Source: a bacterium
GTDB taxonomy: Bacteria; Hinthialibacterota; Hinthialibacteria; Hinthialibacterales; Hinthialibacteraceae
Assembly: GCA_041946805.1 (NCBI GenBank)
Contig: JBHGBC010000003.1
Span: 1-64,000, forward strand
Reading direction: 5' to 3'
DNA: 64,000 nucleotides
Shown here: piece after piece, positions 20,090 through 29,803 of the stretch
Numbering within the stretch: position 1 is the first letter of the stretch
How the letters are laid out: every line of letters begins with the position of its first letter
Position numbers and translations under genes: made by a program
The notes under the pieces: model-generated
What the model was told of the DNA's origin: nothing
Databases searched by the model: none
The model's input: the letters and a program-made list of their open reading frames with translations, nothing else

Positions 20090-21751
20090 ATGCATTCCAT
20101 GCGTATTTCCCGGCCCCCACTATTCAACAAGAATCCCGTGGATTTCATTGGGATCCTGTTGCTGGTCACCGCCTGCGGCTCTTCGTATGAATCCCCCCGG
20201 CCCGCGGCCAATCAGATTCCAGAAAACCTGGAACCTTTCTCCGCCCAGGTGACAGTGCGGGACCAGGTTCTGAACACGGTCAATCCCCTGCTTTTCGGAG
20301 ACAACATCGAGTGGACCAACGACGGTATGGGAATATGGCTGCGGGAGGAAAAGAAATTCGATGAGGCCCTGGTGGAAGAGATCCATGCCGCGGGCGTCAC
20401 CCATCTGCGGTATCCCGGCGGAACCCTCTCGGACTATTTCCACTGGCACCATGCCATCGGACCTAACCGACAGCCGATTCCCAATCCCTTCGCCGAACCC
20501 AAGGGCCGCCCGGATTATCCGTATTTCGGTCCGGATGAGTTCATGTCCCTATGCCGGAGCCTGGGGATTCCCGGGACGATCACGCTGAATGCAGGCACCG
20601 GATCGGCCGACGAAGCCGCCTCGTGGATCAAGTACAATCAGGACCGCCAATATCCCGTTACCGATTACACAGTGGGCAACGAAGTCTACATGGCCAAGGC
20701 CATGGGGGAACCGGTGCCGGAATTGCCCATCGACAAGAATCCCCAGCAGTACGTGGATTTGTATGAAGAATTCCAGTCCGCGATCGGCGAGGCGGCGGCG
20801 GGCGTGACATTGGGAATGATCGGCTTTCACGATCCCAACCAGTTTTCGTTCAGCCTCTACAAGGAGTGGAAGGAGGTGGTCCTCGGCCGCCTGGGCGGGC
20901 AGGCGCCGTTCATCGATGTCCATTGCGGTTATTACCCCATCCTGCGCGGGTCCCTGGATCCGAACGCCCCGCTCTCGTCGGATGACGATTTCGCCCGCTG
21001 CATGATGGCGTCGTCCATTTTCGCCGAATCCATCCTCGCGGCCATCAAGGAGGAGATCAAAACCTACGCGCCCAACGGCGGGGAAACGGTCAGGATCCAT
21101 CTCACCGAATACGGGCCGCTGGTGTATCCCGTCCGCCAGGACCGGGCCGTGGAAGACGCGGCCTGGAACCGTTCCCTGGCCGGCGCGTTGTACCTGGCCT
21201 CGCTGTATCATGTATTCCTGAAGGACCCGAAAATCACGTCGGCGAATCATCTGCCACTCTGCCAGGATATTTTCGGCGCGCTGATCGGCATCCGCGGCGA
21301 ATACCCCAACCGGAGGCATTGGCGCAACATCGTTTTCCATGTATTCCAGATGTACAGCCGCATGCAAAACCGTCAGGTGCTGGCCGTCGCGGCGGAGGCC
21401 CCCGGATTTGCCATTCCCGCCATCGGCGTGGTCCCAGAAATGAAGGATGTCCCCAGCCTCGACGCCGCCGCCTGCCGGACCGTGGACGGCCGGGCGTTGA
21501 CGCTCTTTTTGGTGAACCGGGACGTGTACCGGACCGCGAACGTGACCATCGATCCCGGAGCCCGGACTTACGCCATCCAATCGCTCACCACGTTGACGGC
21601 GGATTCATACAAGGCGGAAAACACGCCCGAGCAGCCGGACGCCGTGGTTCCTCAACGCCGGGAGGGGCGGCCCGTGCTGGACGGAACCGGACGCTTTCAG
21701 GTCTCCCTGGCGAAGCATTCGTTGACGGAAATTGAGTTGACGAGGGAATGA
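20090..21751 (+). CDS. alpha-L-arabinofuranosidase (GH51-like) lipoprotein
   Basis: Lipobox-like VTAC; LFGDNIE, LRYPGG, GPDEFM, VGNE, LTEYG, C-terminal beta-sandwich. Confidence 0.8.
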   Translation: MHSMRISRPPLFNKNPVDFIGILLLVTACGSSYESPRPAANQIPENLEPFSAQVTVRDQVLNTVNPLLFGDNIEWTNDGMGIWLREEKKFDEALVEEIHAAGVTHLRYPGGTLSDYFHWHHAIGPNRQPIPNPFAEPKGRPDYPYFGPDEFMSLCRSLGIPGTITLNAGTGSADEAASWIKYNQDRQYPVTDYTVGNEVYMAKAMGEPVPELPIDKNPQQYVDLYEEFQSAIGEAAAGVTLGMIGFHDPNQFSFSLYKEWKEVVLGRLGGQAPFIDVHCGYYPILRGSLDPNAPLSSDDDFARCMMASSIFAESILAAIKEEIKTYAPNGGETVRIHLTEYGPLVYPVRQDRAVEDAAWNRSLAGALYLASLYHVFLKDPKITSANHLPLCQDIFGALIGIRGEYPNRRHWRNIVFHVFQMYSRMQNRQVLAVAAEAPGFAIPAIGVVPEMKDVPSLDAAACRTVDGRALTLFLVNRDVYRTANVTIDPGARTYAIQSLTTLTADSYKAENTPEQPDAVVPQRREGRPVLDGTGRFQVSLAKHSLTEIELTRE

Positions 21752-21858
21752 CAGGAAGGCTCCTCCCGCCAGGGCGTACACGAAAGCCAAACAGTCCAAG
21801 AAAGGATATCATCGCCGCGGGGAAGCCGGTTCTCCCCTTGTTTGTCTTGGAGTGAAAT

Positions 21859-21943
21859 CCTGGGCGGATGTAAAGCCATTCCCTGGAGGAAACCTCAATT
21901 CATGATTCGCAGGGGCATGGGAGCCACCGGGGAATCGCCGGGG
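21859..21943 (+). ncRNA. candidate cis-regulatory structured RNA upstream of motA
   Basis: Nested stems GGCG/CGCC and CCATTCCCTG/CAGGGGCATGG plus GAGGAAACCTC hairpin; purine-rich linkers GATGTAAAG and GAGCCACCGGGGAA. Not matched by me to a named family. Confidence 0.3.
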
Positions 21944-22384
21944 GGGAAGGCTATCCCTTCACGCCGGCCTTATACGGGGGAGAGGGATTTGGCGGGCATC
22001 ACTTCGGCCAATCAGTTTGGATAACGTACGCGCCTTTTGAAAACGAGGCCCGTATGCGCCCGAGGGAAATCCAATTCCCCATCCTCTCCGCCTGCGTGAC
22101 GGAATACAGGCGTACTGAGATTCTTGAATCTCCCGATACTCTGGCTGCTTCATATCAAGTGTTCAGTTCTTCAAGCCGACAATTAGCCGATGGAATGATC
22201 GCTTACCCGGGTGGAGAAGCGCGCGGGCGAAGGGGAAGCATTGGCTTGAGGATTGTGATGTTTTCATGACCAAGAACCATTTCCGGCTCCGGGTGGTCTA
22301 TCCGGAACCGGAACAATGGCGGGCGTGGTGTATTGCATACTTCCCCGCTTACCTGGGCCATCTCGAAATGATTTTCGAAACGCC

Positions 22385-23161
22385 ATGGACATTTCAACGG
22401 TAGTCGGCTTTATCTTCTGTTATGGGTGCATTCTCCTTTCCATCTTCATGATGGAAGGATCTTCCCTGGAAACCTACATCGACCTTCCCGGAATGATCAT
22501 CACCTTCGGCGGCGTGTTCGCGGTGGTGTTGGTCGGATTTCCCTTGCCGCGAGTGTTGCGGACAATCAAGATCGTTATCAAAGCGTTTGTTGACAAGCCT
22601 ATCAATCCGCTGGACACCATTTATCAACTGATCGAATTTTCCGAAAGCGCGCGCCGGTCGGGCATCCTCTCCCTGGAACCCCAACTCCCCGAGGTCAAGG
22701 ACAATTTCGTGCGCGCGGGATTGAGCCTGGTCATTGACGGGGTGGAACCGGACCTGATCGAAGATATCCTCAACACGGATATCGCCATCCTGGAGGACCG
22801 CCATGCCAAGGGGGCGGCGGTCTTTTCCTACATGGCCATGGTAGCCCCCGCGATCGGGATGATGGGGACCATCCTGGCCTTGATCACCGTGCTCAAGAAT
22901 CTCAATGAACCGTCGACCATCGGGCCGTCCATGGCCGTGGCCCTATGCACTACGTTGTACGGCGTGTTCATGGCCTATACCATCCTGAATCCGCTGGCCA
23001 GCAAATTGAAGACCAAATCGCAGGAAGAAGTGATTCTCAAGAAGATGATCATCGAGGGGATCATGTCCATCCAGGCCGGAGACAATCCCCGCATCCTGGA
23101 ACAGAAACTCATGGTGTTTCTGCCACCGGAGATGAGAAAATCCAAGTATGAAGCCGTGTGA
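22385..23161 (+). CDS. motA: MotA/PomA-family stator A subunit
   Basis: ARRSGILSLE, GLSLVIDG, APAIGMMGT, IGPSMAVALCTTLYG, IEGIMSIQAGDNPR. Confidence 0.92.
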   Translation: MDISTVVGFIFCYGCILLSIFMMEGSSLETYIDLPGMIITFGGVFAVVLVGFPLPRVLRTIKIVIKAFVDKPINPLDTIYQLIEFSESARRSGILSLEPQLPEVKDNFVRAGLSLVIDGVEPDLIEDILNTDIAILEDRHAKGAAVFSYMAMVAPAIGMMGTILALITVLKNLNEPSTIGPSMAVALCTTLYGVFMAYTILNPLASKLKTKSQEEVILKKMIIEGIMSIQAGDNPRILEQKLMVFLPPEMRKSKYEAV

Positions 23162-23991
23162 ACCGGACTCCCGCGGGTCCCGGTTCCGGCGCGGAAACCA
23201 TCCGCATGACCAAGCGCAAGGACGATCAGGAAGAGAAGGGTCCGCCCTGGATGAGCTCCTACGCGGACATGATCACTATTCTCTTGGCGCTCTTCATCAT
23301 GTTGTTTGGCATGTCGACGGCGGAAATCAATAAATTGCGGGCCGCCGCTGAATCCCTGCGCTCCGCCCTGGGAGGAACCCCCGGCCCCTATCCCGATTTG
23401 CGCGGTCTGCGGCCGGGTATCCCCCTTGATGTGCCCGTCCGGCCCGCCGCGCGCCGGTTTGTAAGCCAGGACGAGGCGCTCCGCGAACTGCAAGCCGGCA
23501 TTCAGGAAAGCGGACTGCAGGCCCAGGTCCAGGCCGTGGCAGGCGAACAGGGGATCGCCTTCCGGATCGAGGGCCATGTGTTGTTCGAACCGGCGCAATT
23601 CGAACTCAGCGCCGAGGCAGTCCGGGTGCTGGAACTCGCCGCCAGCCAGCTGATTCAATACCCCTCGAATCCCATCGTGGTCGAGGGGCACACGGACCCG
23701 GAACGGTACCCGGACGATCCCGACGGCAATTGGAAACTCGCGGCGCGGCGGGCGTACGAGGTGATGAGGTTTCTGATCGATTTCGGCGGCTTGCCCGCCA
23801 GCCGGATGGCCTATGCCTCCTGCGGGGAATACTGCCCGCTTCCGGATGCCGACAACCGTACAGCCGTCGGGCGGGCCATGAACCGCCGGGTGGAAATCAT
23901 TTTATTGCAGACCGATGAGGGAAACGGTACGTATTTCCAGGATCCTACCCTCAAGAATCCACGAACCCCGCTGATCCAACCCGGAATGTGA
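23158..23991 (+). CDS. motB: MotB/PomB-family stator B subunit, paralog 1
   Basis: WMSSYADMITILLALFIMLFGMS TM, OmpA-like domain (VEGHTD, NWKLAARRA, NRRVEI); GTGA overlap with motA. Confidence 0.9.
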   Translation: MNRTPAGPGSGAETIRMTKRKDDQEEKGPPWMSSYADMITILLALFIMLFGMSTAEINKLRAAAESLRSALGGTPGPYPDLRGLRPGIPLDVPVRPAARRFVSQDEALRELQAGIQESGLQAQVQAVAGEQGIAFRIEGHVLFEPAQFELSAEAVRVLELAASQLIQYPSNPIVVEGHTDPERYPDDPDGNWKLAARRAYEVMRFLIDFGGLPASRMAYASCGEYCPLPDADNRTAVGRAMNRRVEIILLQTDEGNGTYFQDPTLKNPRTPLIQPGM

Positions 23992-24010
23992 ATAACCACG
24001 GGAGCGGCAC

Positions 24011-24823
24011 ATGAATAAAGAGCCGGATAGACACGAGGAGGAGGAAGAAGAAGGCTCCCCGGCCTGGATGTGTTCGTATTGCGACATGATCACGATCCTC
24101 CTGGCTTGTTTCATCATGCTTTATTCCATATCCAATCTCGACCTGGCGAAATTCCACAAAGCCGCCGCCTCCATCCAAAAAGCCTTGATTCAAATCCCCG
24201 GCCTCTCTCCGAGTTCCTACCGCAAACCCATCGACACCGGCCTGCCTTGGGTTCCAATTCCCGCCCGCGGCGAACCGCTGGAAACCATGCCCGAGGAAGA
24301 ACAGGAGACGGCGCGCGTCCGGATCGCCGATTACCAGAAAAGCCGGGATTTCCATTTGGCCGGGACCGCCGAGGGGATCCGCATCACTCTGTCGGGACGG
24401 ATCCTGTTCGAATCCGGCCGGGCGGTACTGAATCCGGACACGAGATCCATCCTGTTGATCCTGGCCGCGACCTTGAATGACCATCCCAACGCGCCCATCC
24501 GGCTGGAGGGGCATACCGATCCGGCCCCCCTGCCCGGGGATTCGCCGTTCCCCGATCATTGGAGACTGGCGGAAGCCCGGGCGCTGGCGGTGCTGGATTT
24601 TTTACGAGATCAGGGGAAGGTACAGGAATCCCGGTTCCATTTTCTTGCCTGCGGCAGTTCCCGCCCCCGCTTTCCGAACGACTCCAGCGAAAATCAGACA
24701 TTGAACAACCGCATGGAGATTTTCCTGGATCTGGGGAGGGACCTGGGGCGTATCCGGGGTGTTCTGGAACAATACGGCGAGAAAATCGATCCCGACACCC
24801 GCGAGTTTGCACCGATTAAATAA
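24011..24823 (+). CDS. motB: MotB/PomB-family stator B subunit, paralog 2
   Basis: WMCSYCDMITILLACFIMLYSIS TM, LEGHTD, WRLAEARA, NNRMEI. Confidence 0.88.
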   Translation: MNKEPDRHEEEEEEGSPAWMCSYCDMITILLACFIMLYSISNLDLAKFHKAAASIQKALIQIPGLSPSSYRKPIDTGLPWVPIPARGEPLETMPEEEQETARVRIADYQKSRDFHLAGTAEGIRITLSGRILFESGRAVLNPDTRSILLILAATLNDHPNAPIRLEGHTDPAPLPGDSPFPDHWRLAEARALAVLDFLRDQGKVQESRFHFLACGSSRPRFPNDSSENQTLNNRMEIFLDLGRDLGRIRGVLEQYGEKIDPDTREFAPIK

Positions 24824-24971
24824 GGAGATTGCCTCATCGGGGAAGAAGAATAAGGACCTGGATGGATTCAACTATAAAGACGGAGGATGGCACCCCGGCC
24901 GGCATGCTGGTCCATTCGTCCCCCTTCCCGCGGGGGGCAGGATTCGGATGCGGGGATCACTCGATCAGGAT

Positions 24972-25787
24972 TCAAAACCGGTATCCCAGCGTGAACGACG
25001 CCACGACTTCGTCTTCGTGGTTCACGGCCAGGGGGGAGTCATCCAACGAAATCTGCACGTCCACGGCCGGAGTGAAATACAATCCGTTCCATTCGAACGT
25101 GGTCGCGGCCTCCAGGGTCGTGTGGCTCCAGGCGGAATTGGTGTTCAAAGCCCCATCGTTATAAGTGACGTCCCAGCGCAAATCGATGTCTTGCGTCTCT
25201 TGCCCGGCGAGCAACGGCGGGATGGGGTAGGCGTAGGTCAATCCAAAAACCACGATGTTGCCGGTGTCGAAATTCCGGCTGCTTTGCGCGCCGTCCCAAA
25301 CGAAGAAGGTATCGATGAAGGGGACCAAATGGGCCGGCCCGAGGGGAATCATATTGGGGAATGACAGGCCGTTGGCCAGTTCCTGCATGTCCAGTTGGTT
25401 GCCCGTCTTGGGATGCGTGTAATAGATATAGGTGATGTAGTTGTACAACGCGTACCATTCCTCCTGGAACAAGGTGCATTCGTATCCCAGAAAGGGATTG
25501 ATTTGAGTCTGGTCCACGAATCCGCTCGAATCGGGCCATTCACCCACCACCCCCGCGTAGAGTCCGTTCCACTCCAGTTGAAACCGGGGTTGGAAGGTCC
25601 CATTGTCATCGAACACGTCATAACCGTGCCATAGATATTGGGTGGAATAGGTGAAATCCAGCCGGCCGTCGATGGTTTCTCCCCATAAGTCCACGGAAAA
25701 GGAAGCGGAGGGAAGCGCCAGGAGACAAGCGATCAGCAGGCAAGGATATCGAAGAGGACGGATCGGCGAACGGTTGGAATCATTCAT
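24972..25787 (-). CDS. outer-membrane beta-barrel protein (TorF-like putative porin)
   Basis: Signal peptide, YSTQYLWHG, alternating aromatic strands, C-terminal FTLGYRF beta-signal. Confidence 0.7.
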   Translation of the reverse strand: MNDSNRSPIRPLRYPCLLIACLLALPSASFSVDLWGETIDGRLDFTYSTQYLWHGYDVFDDNGTFQPRFQLEWNGLYAGVVGEWPDSSGFVDQTQINPFLGYECTLFQEEWYALYNYITYIYYTHPKTGNQLDMQELANGLSFPNMIPLGPAHLVPFIDTFFVWDGAQSSRNFDTGNIVVFGLTYAYPIPPLLAGQETQDIDLRWDVTYNDGALNTNSAWSHTTLEAATTFEWNGLYFTPAVDVQISLDDSPLAVNHEDEVVASFTLGYRF

Positions 25788-25902
25788 ATTTATTCCCTCA
25801 CAGCATGAGAATCGACAAATACTGTGCCTGAATAAGCGAAAAACTGGGAAGAATCAAGCCCAGTGATCCGCCTCGGCAACGGGAGGGCGGTGATCATCCC
25901 TC

Positions 25903-26143
25903 GGTTCTGTTGAGTTTCTCCAATGTAGATCAAATGACTGAAACGGTACGGGTGAATCGTTTATATGAAAAGCCGATACAGCGCCCTTTCAGGGCTTCCC
26001 TCACCCTTACCCTCTCCCAGAGGGAGAGGGATTGGATACCTTAGTCCCGGCCATATTCCAGGGCCAGTAGAAAAGCGCCGTTGGTGCCGACCCGGCCATC
26101 CCGCATTTCTGCAACTCATTCATGACGAAAACTCAACAGAACC
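25903..26143 (+). mobile_element. MITE family 2, copy 1
   Basis: TIRs GGTTCTGTTGAGTTT / AAACTCAACAGAACC; collinear with 62691-62945; internal palindrome cassette. Confidence 0.8.
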
Positions 26144-26274
26144 TGGGAGGGGAAGTCGCCCAAACACCACGGGAGAGTACAGGGAGGTCGAGGCTCCCCC
26201 CGAGCCGCGCCCACATGGGAAGGTCTCCTTGGTTTGCGGCTCACCCGGAGGTTCGCCCGCCCGTTTTTCCACCC

Positions 26275-27216
26275 CTATTCCAAATCCTTGCCCAGCGCCT
26301 GGGGGGCGCGCATGGTTTGCCGGCTGAACGAAAGAACGATCAACGCCAACAGAAACGGGAAGGCCAACAACAACCGGGAGGGCAGCGCGGGCCAGGCGGC
26401 TTGCAGCCACTCGGCCAGAGCATCCGTGCAACCGAAAAAAAGACAAATGGCCGCCGCGCGTCCCGGACGCCAGCCGCTGCAGATCAAAATCGCGAGCGCC
26501 ACGAATCCCCGCCCGTTGGTCATGCCCGTGCTGAACTGGCTGATGTCGCTCAGCGAGAGCTGCACGCCGCCCAATCCCGCGAGCACGCCGCTGAGGATCA
26601 CCGCCGTGTAGCGGCAGGCGTTCACCCGCACGCCCGCCGCGGCCACCACCCGGGGATCCTCGCCGCACGCCCGCAGGCGCAAGCCGAACCGGGTGCGGTA
26701 GAATAGAATCAGCGATACAAGCCACACTCCCACCAGAGCGATGTGCAAAATCGATAAGGGAAACAACCGATCTGTCAACCCGGGCAGGGCGAAAGGCGCT
26801 TGCGTGATCGCGGGCAGTTTGGGAACCTCGGGCGAATTGCCCCGCGCCCCGAAGATTTGAAAAAGCAAAAATCCCGTCAACCCCAGCGCGATCAGGTTGA
26901 TCCCCATGCCGGAAACGATTGGATCCGCCCGGCCGCGGATACAAACCAGCGCATGCAGCCATCCCGTCAGACCGCCGCAGAGGGCCCCCGCCGCCAGGCC
27001 CAGCCAGGGATTGCCGGTGAGACCGGACGCGGCCACCCCGAAGAACGCTCCGGTCAGCATCATGCCTTCCAGGCCGATGTTGACGATGCCCGACCGCTCG
27101 CTGAACGCTCCGCCCAGCGCGGCCCACAGCAAGGGAGCGCCTTTCAAGAGGCCGGCATGGAGCAGCAACGCCAGTTCGTGGCCCAGCCAAGGAAAAATCC
27201 ATCCTAGATCATTCAT
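26275..27216 (-). CDS. nucleoside/sugar ABC transporter permease
   Basis: FSERSGIVNIGLEGMML, RTRFGLRLRACGEDP, GRGFVALA. Confidence 0.93.
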   Translation of the reverse strand: MNDLGWIFPWLGHELALLLHAGLLKGAPLLWAALGGAFSERSGIVNIGLEGMMLTGAFFGVAASGLTGNPWLGLAAGALCGGLTGWLHALVCIRGRADPIVSGMGINLIALGLTGFLLFQIFGARGNSPEVPKLPAITQAPFALPGLTDRLFPLSILHIALVGVWLVSLILFYRTRFGLRLRACGEDPRVVAAAGVRVNACRYTAVILSGVLAGLGGVQLSLSDISQFSTGMTNGRGFVALAILICSGWRPGRAAAICLFFGCTDALAEWLQAAWPALPSRLLLAFPFLLALIVLSFSRQTMRAPQALGKDLE

Positions 27217-28222
27217 GAGTCCGCATCCGGGTGAAGAGGGCGATACAAATGATCAGCAAACCCTCCAGGATAAATACCATTTCCCGGGGAACATTCAAAT
27301 CGAGCTGCAGGGTCCGGTCTCCGGCCCGCAGGGTGGCGATGAGCAACGCCGCCGGAACCGTGGCCCAGGGCTCGCACAGGCCCAGAAAAGCCACCGCGAT
27401 GCCGTCGAATCCATACCCGCCGCCGAAGCGCGTGTAGAGGGTGTAGTCGATGCCCGTCACCTGCAGCGCGCCCGCCAATCCCGCGCAGCCGCCGCCCCAG
27501 AGCATCGCGCGCCATTGGATCCGGGGCACGGCGATTCCCGCGTAAGCCGCCGCCGTGGGATTCTCACCCACCGCGCGCAGGTGAAAGCCGAACCAGGTGC
27601 GGTACAGCATCCAGCTCAGGCCCATCGCCAAAACGATGGAGACGATAATCCCCGCCGTCAGTTGCGCCGCGCCTTGCGCATACATCACGGGAAACCGGGC
27701 GGAATCGGCGACCATGGCCGTACGGCTGCTGCCCGGCCCGGCGTTCAGAACGCCCAGCGTCATTTCGTTCACTGCCTGAAACGCGATGAAGTTGAGCATG
27801 ATGGTGGTGATGACTTCATGGATCCCCCGGCGCGACTTCAGCCCGGCCGCGATTCCGCCCCACAACGCCCCGCAAAGACATCCGGCGGCGGCACACAGAA
27901 CCGCATGCAGCGGCCCGAGGGCATTCCACGGTTGGACGCCCAGCGCCACCGCCGCCAGCGCGCCCAGATAGAGTTGGCCCTCGCCGCCGATGTTGAACAA
28001 GCCCGCGCGGTAGGGCACCGCCACCGCCAGGCCGGTCAAAATAAGCAACGTGGCCTTGGTCCCCAGCAGGAACAATCCCGAGGCCGAGCCCCAGGTGCTG
28101 GTTGCCAGCGTGGCGAACACCCGCGCGGGCGGATAGCCGTTGATCCACAAGAACAGCGACACCAGGAGGATGGATACGGCGGTCGCGAGAAGCAAGGAAT
28201 CCAGGCGCTGTACGGTCATCAT
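27209..28222 (-). CDS. nucleoside/sugar ABC transporter permease
   Basis: GLFNIGGEGQ, HEVITTIMLNF, GYGFDGIAVA. Confidence 0.93.
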   Translation of the reverse strand: MMTVQRLDSLLLATAVSILLVSLFLWINGYPPARVFATLATSTWGSASGLFLLGTKATLLILTGLAVAVPYRAGLFNIGGEGQLYLGALAAVALGVQPWNALGPLHAVLCAAAGCLCGALWGGIAAGLKSRRGIHEVITTIMLNFIAFQAVNEMTLGVLNAGPGSSRTAMVADSARFPVMYAQGAAQLTAGIIVSIVLAMGLSWMLYRTWFGFHLRAVGENPTAAAYAGIAVPRIQWRAMLWGGGCAGLAGALQVTGIDYTLYTRFGGGYGFDGIAVAFLGLCEPWATVPAALLIATLRAGDRTLQLDLNVPREMVFILEGLLIICIALFTRMRTHE

Positions 28223-29754
28223 AACGCTCCCGCCATGGCCAATCCCAAATCCTGGACGGACCATTGTTCCGCCGGCCGCGTTTCCACGAGTTCCCCCCGG
28301 AAGAGCACCGCGATCCGGTGGCAGAGCAGGAACAATTCGGACCATTCGGAGGAGAATAAAATCACGCCCGCGCCCGCGCGGCATTGCTGGATCAACAGTT
28401 CGCGAACGAAACGCGCCGCCCGGATGTCCAATCCCCGGGTGGGATCGTGCGCGATGATCAGTCCGGGGGCGGCGAGGAATTCCCGTGACACCACCAGCCG
28501 CTGCTGGTGCCCGCCGGACAGCTGCGCGGCGGCCGTGTCCAGGGAGGGGGCCTGAATGGCATAGCGGTACACGCAGTCCTCGGCCAGGGCGCGCGCTTCT
28601 TTACGGGGCAACGGGAACGAAAGGCCGGATGCGAACGCGGCGGGGTTAAGCAAATAATTTTCCGCGAGGGTGAACCGGGGCAATAGCGCGCGGCCCCGGC
28701 GGTCCTGGGGGATATACGCGATTCCCGCGCCGCGCCGCCGGGCCACGGTCCACGCGGTGATGTCTTCCTGCCGGTAGAGGATTTTTCCGCCGGCGGGGGG
28801 ACGCATCCCCAGCAGAGTGTCGATCCATTCTTCCTGGCCGTTGCCCGCCACACCCGCGACGCCCACGATTTCCCGCTGCAAGACATACAAGTCGAGCGGA
28901 ACGCGCGGCAGGTCTGTACGCTTGGGTGAATCCAAGCGAAGTCCGCGGCACTCGAACAGGGGAGCGCCGGGCACAGGCCGTTCGTACTGTTCATCCGGCA
29001 GCGATTCGCCCACCATGGCCAAGGCGATGTCGTCCAGGCTGGTGCGATTCAGGGGATGATGATACACCACCTGCCCCTTGCGCAGGACGGTGACGGTATC
29101 GGCCACCCGCGCCACTTCCGGCAGCCGGTGGGTGATGAGCAAGATCGCGATCCCCTGGTCCCGCAGCCGGGCCAGGATTTCCAGAAATTGGTCGATTTCG
29201 CTGGAGACCAGGGCGGCCGTGGGTTCGTCCAACAAGAGGATACGCGCCTCGCGGTACAGCACCTTGGCGATTTCCACCTGTTGTTGGATTCCCACCGGCA
29301 GATCGCCCACACGGCTGTGCAAGGGCAACTCCAGGCCATACTGCTTGAGCAATGCCTGGACCTCCCGTTCCGCCCGGCGGCGGTTCAGCCACGGGCCGGT
29401 GTGGATTTCGTGTCCTAGTAGAATGTTTTCCAGCACGGAGAAAGCGGGAATCAACGAAAAATGCTGCTGCACCAATCCCACGCCCCGGCGGATGGCGTCC
29501 CGGGGATCGCGCAGGACGGCCGCCTGGCCGTCGAATTCGAGGGTTCCGCAATCCGGCGCGAGCAGGCCGTAGCAGATCAAGACCAGCGTCGATTTCCCCG
29601 CGCCGTTTTCCCCCAGGAGCGCATGGACACGGCCGTACCGGATGGACAAGTCCACCTGGTTGTTGGCCTGGATCGCGCCAAATGACTTGCAGATCCCCCG
29701 GGCGCGCAGGGCGGGAAACGCGTGAGGCTGGAAGGAAGAGTACGAGGAACACAT
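28219..29754 (-). CDS. ABC transporter ATP-binding protein (two ATPase domains)
   Basis: GENGAGKST, LLLDEPT, GVAGNGQ, LSGGHQQR, PTRGLD. Confidence 0.95.
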   Translation of the reverse strand: MCSSYSSFQPHAFPALRARGICKSFGAIQANNQVDLSIRYGRVHALLGENGAGKSTLVLICYGLLAPDCGTLEFDGQAAVLRDPRDAIRRGVGLVQQHFSLIPAFSVLENILLGHEIHTGPWLNRRRAEREVQALLKQYGLELPLHSRVGDLPVGIQQQVEIAKVLYREARILLLDEPTAALVSSEIDQFLEILARLRDQGIAILLITHRLPEVARVADTVTVLRKGQVVYHHPLNRTSLDDIALAMVGESLPDEQYERPVPGAPLFECRGLRLDSPKRTDLPRVPLDLYVLQREIVGVAGVAGNGQEEWIDTLLGMRPPAGGKILYRQEDITAWTVARRRGAGIAYIPQDRRGRALLPRFTLAENYLLNPAAFASGLSFPLPRKEARALAEDCVYRYAIQAPSLDTAAAQLSGGHQQRLVVSREFLAAPGLIIAHDPTRGLDIRAARFVRELLIQQCRAGAGVILFSSEWSELFLLCHRIAVLFRGELVETRPAEQWSVQDLGLAMAGAL

Positions 29755-29803
29755 GTTTTTTTCTCCGCGCCTTCCGCGCCTCGGCGGTGAAATGTATATC
29801 GGC

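Noticed and set aside
22385..24823. Zorya (ZorAB) anti-phage system or ExbBD/TolQR
   Set aside because: The A subunit is about 258 aa with no long ZorA tail and has flagellar-type motifs; no ZorC/D/E; the B subunits have MotB-type TM and OmpA domains.
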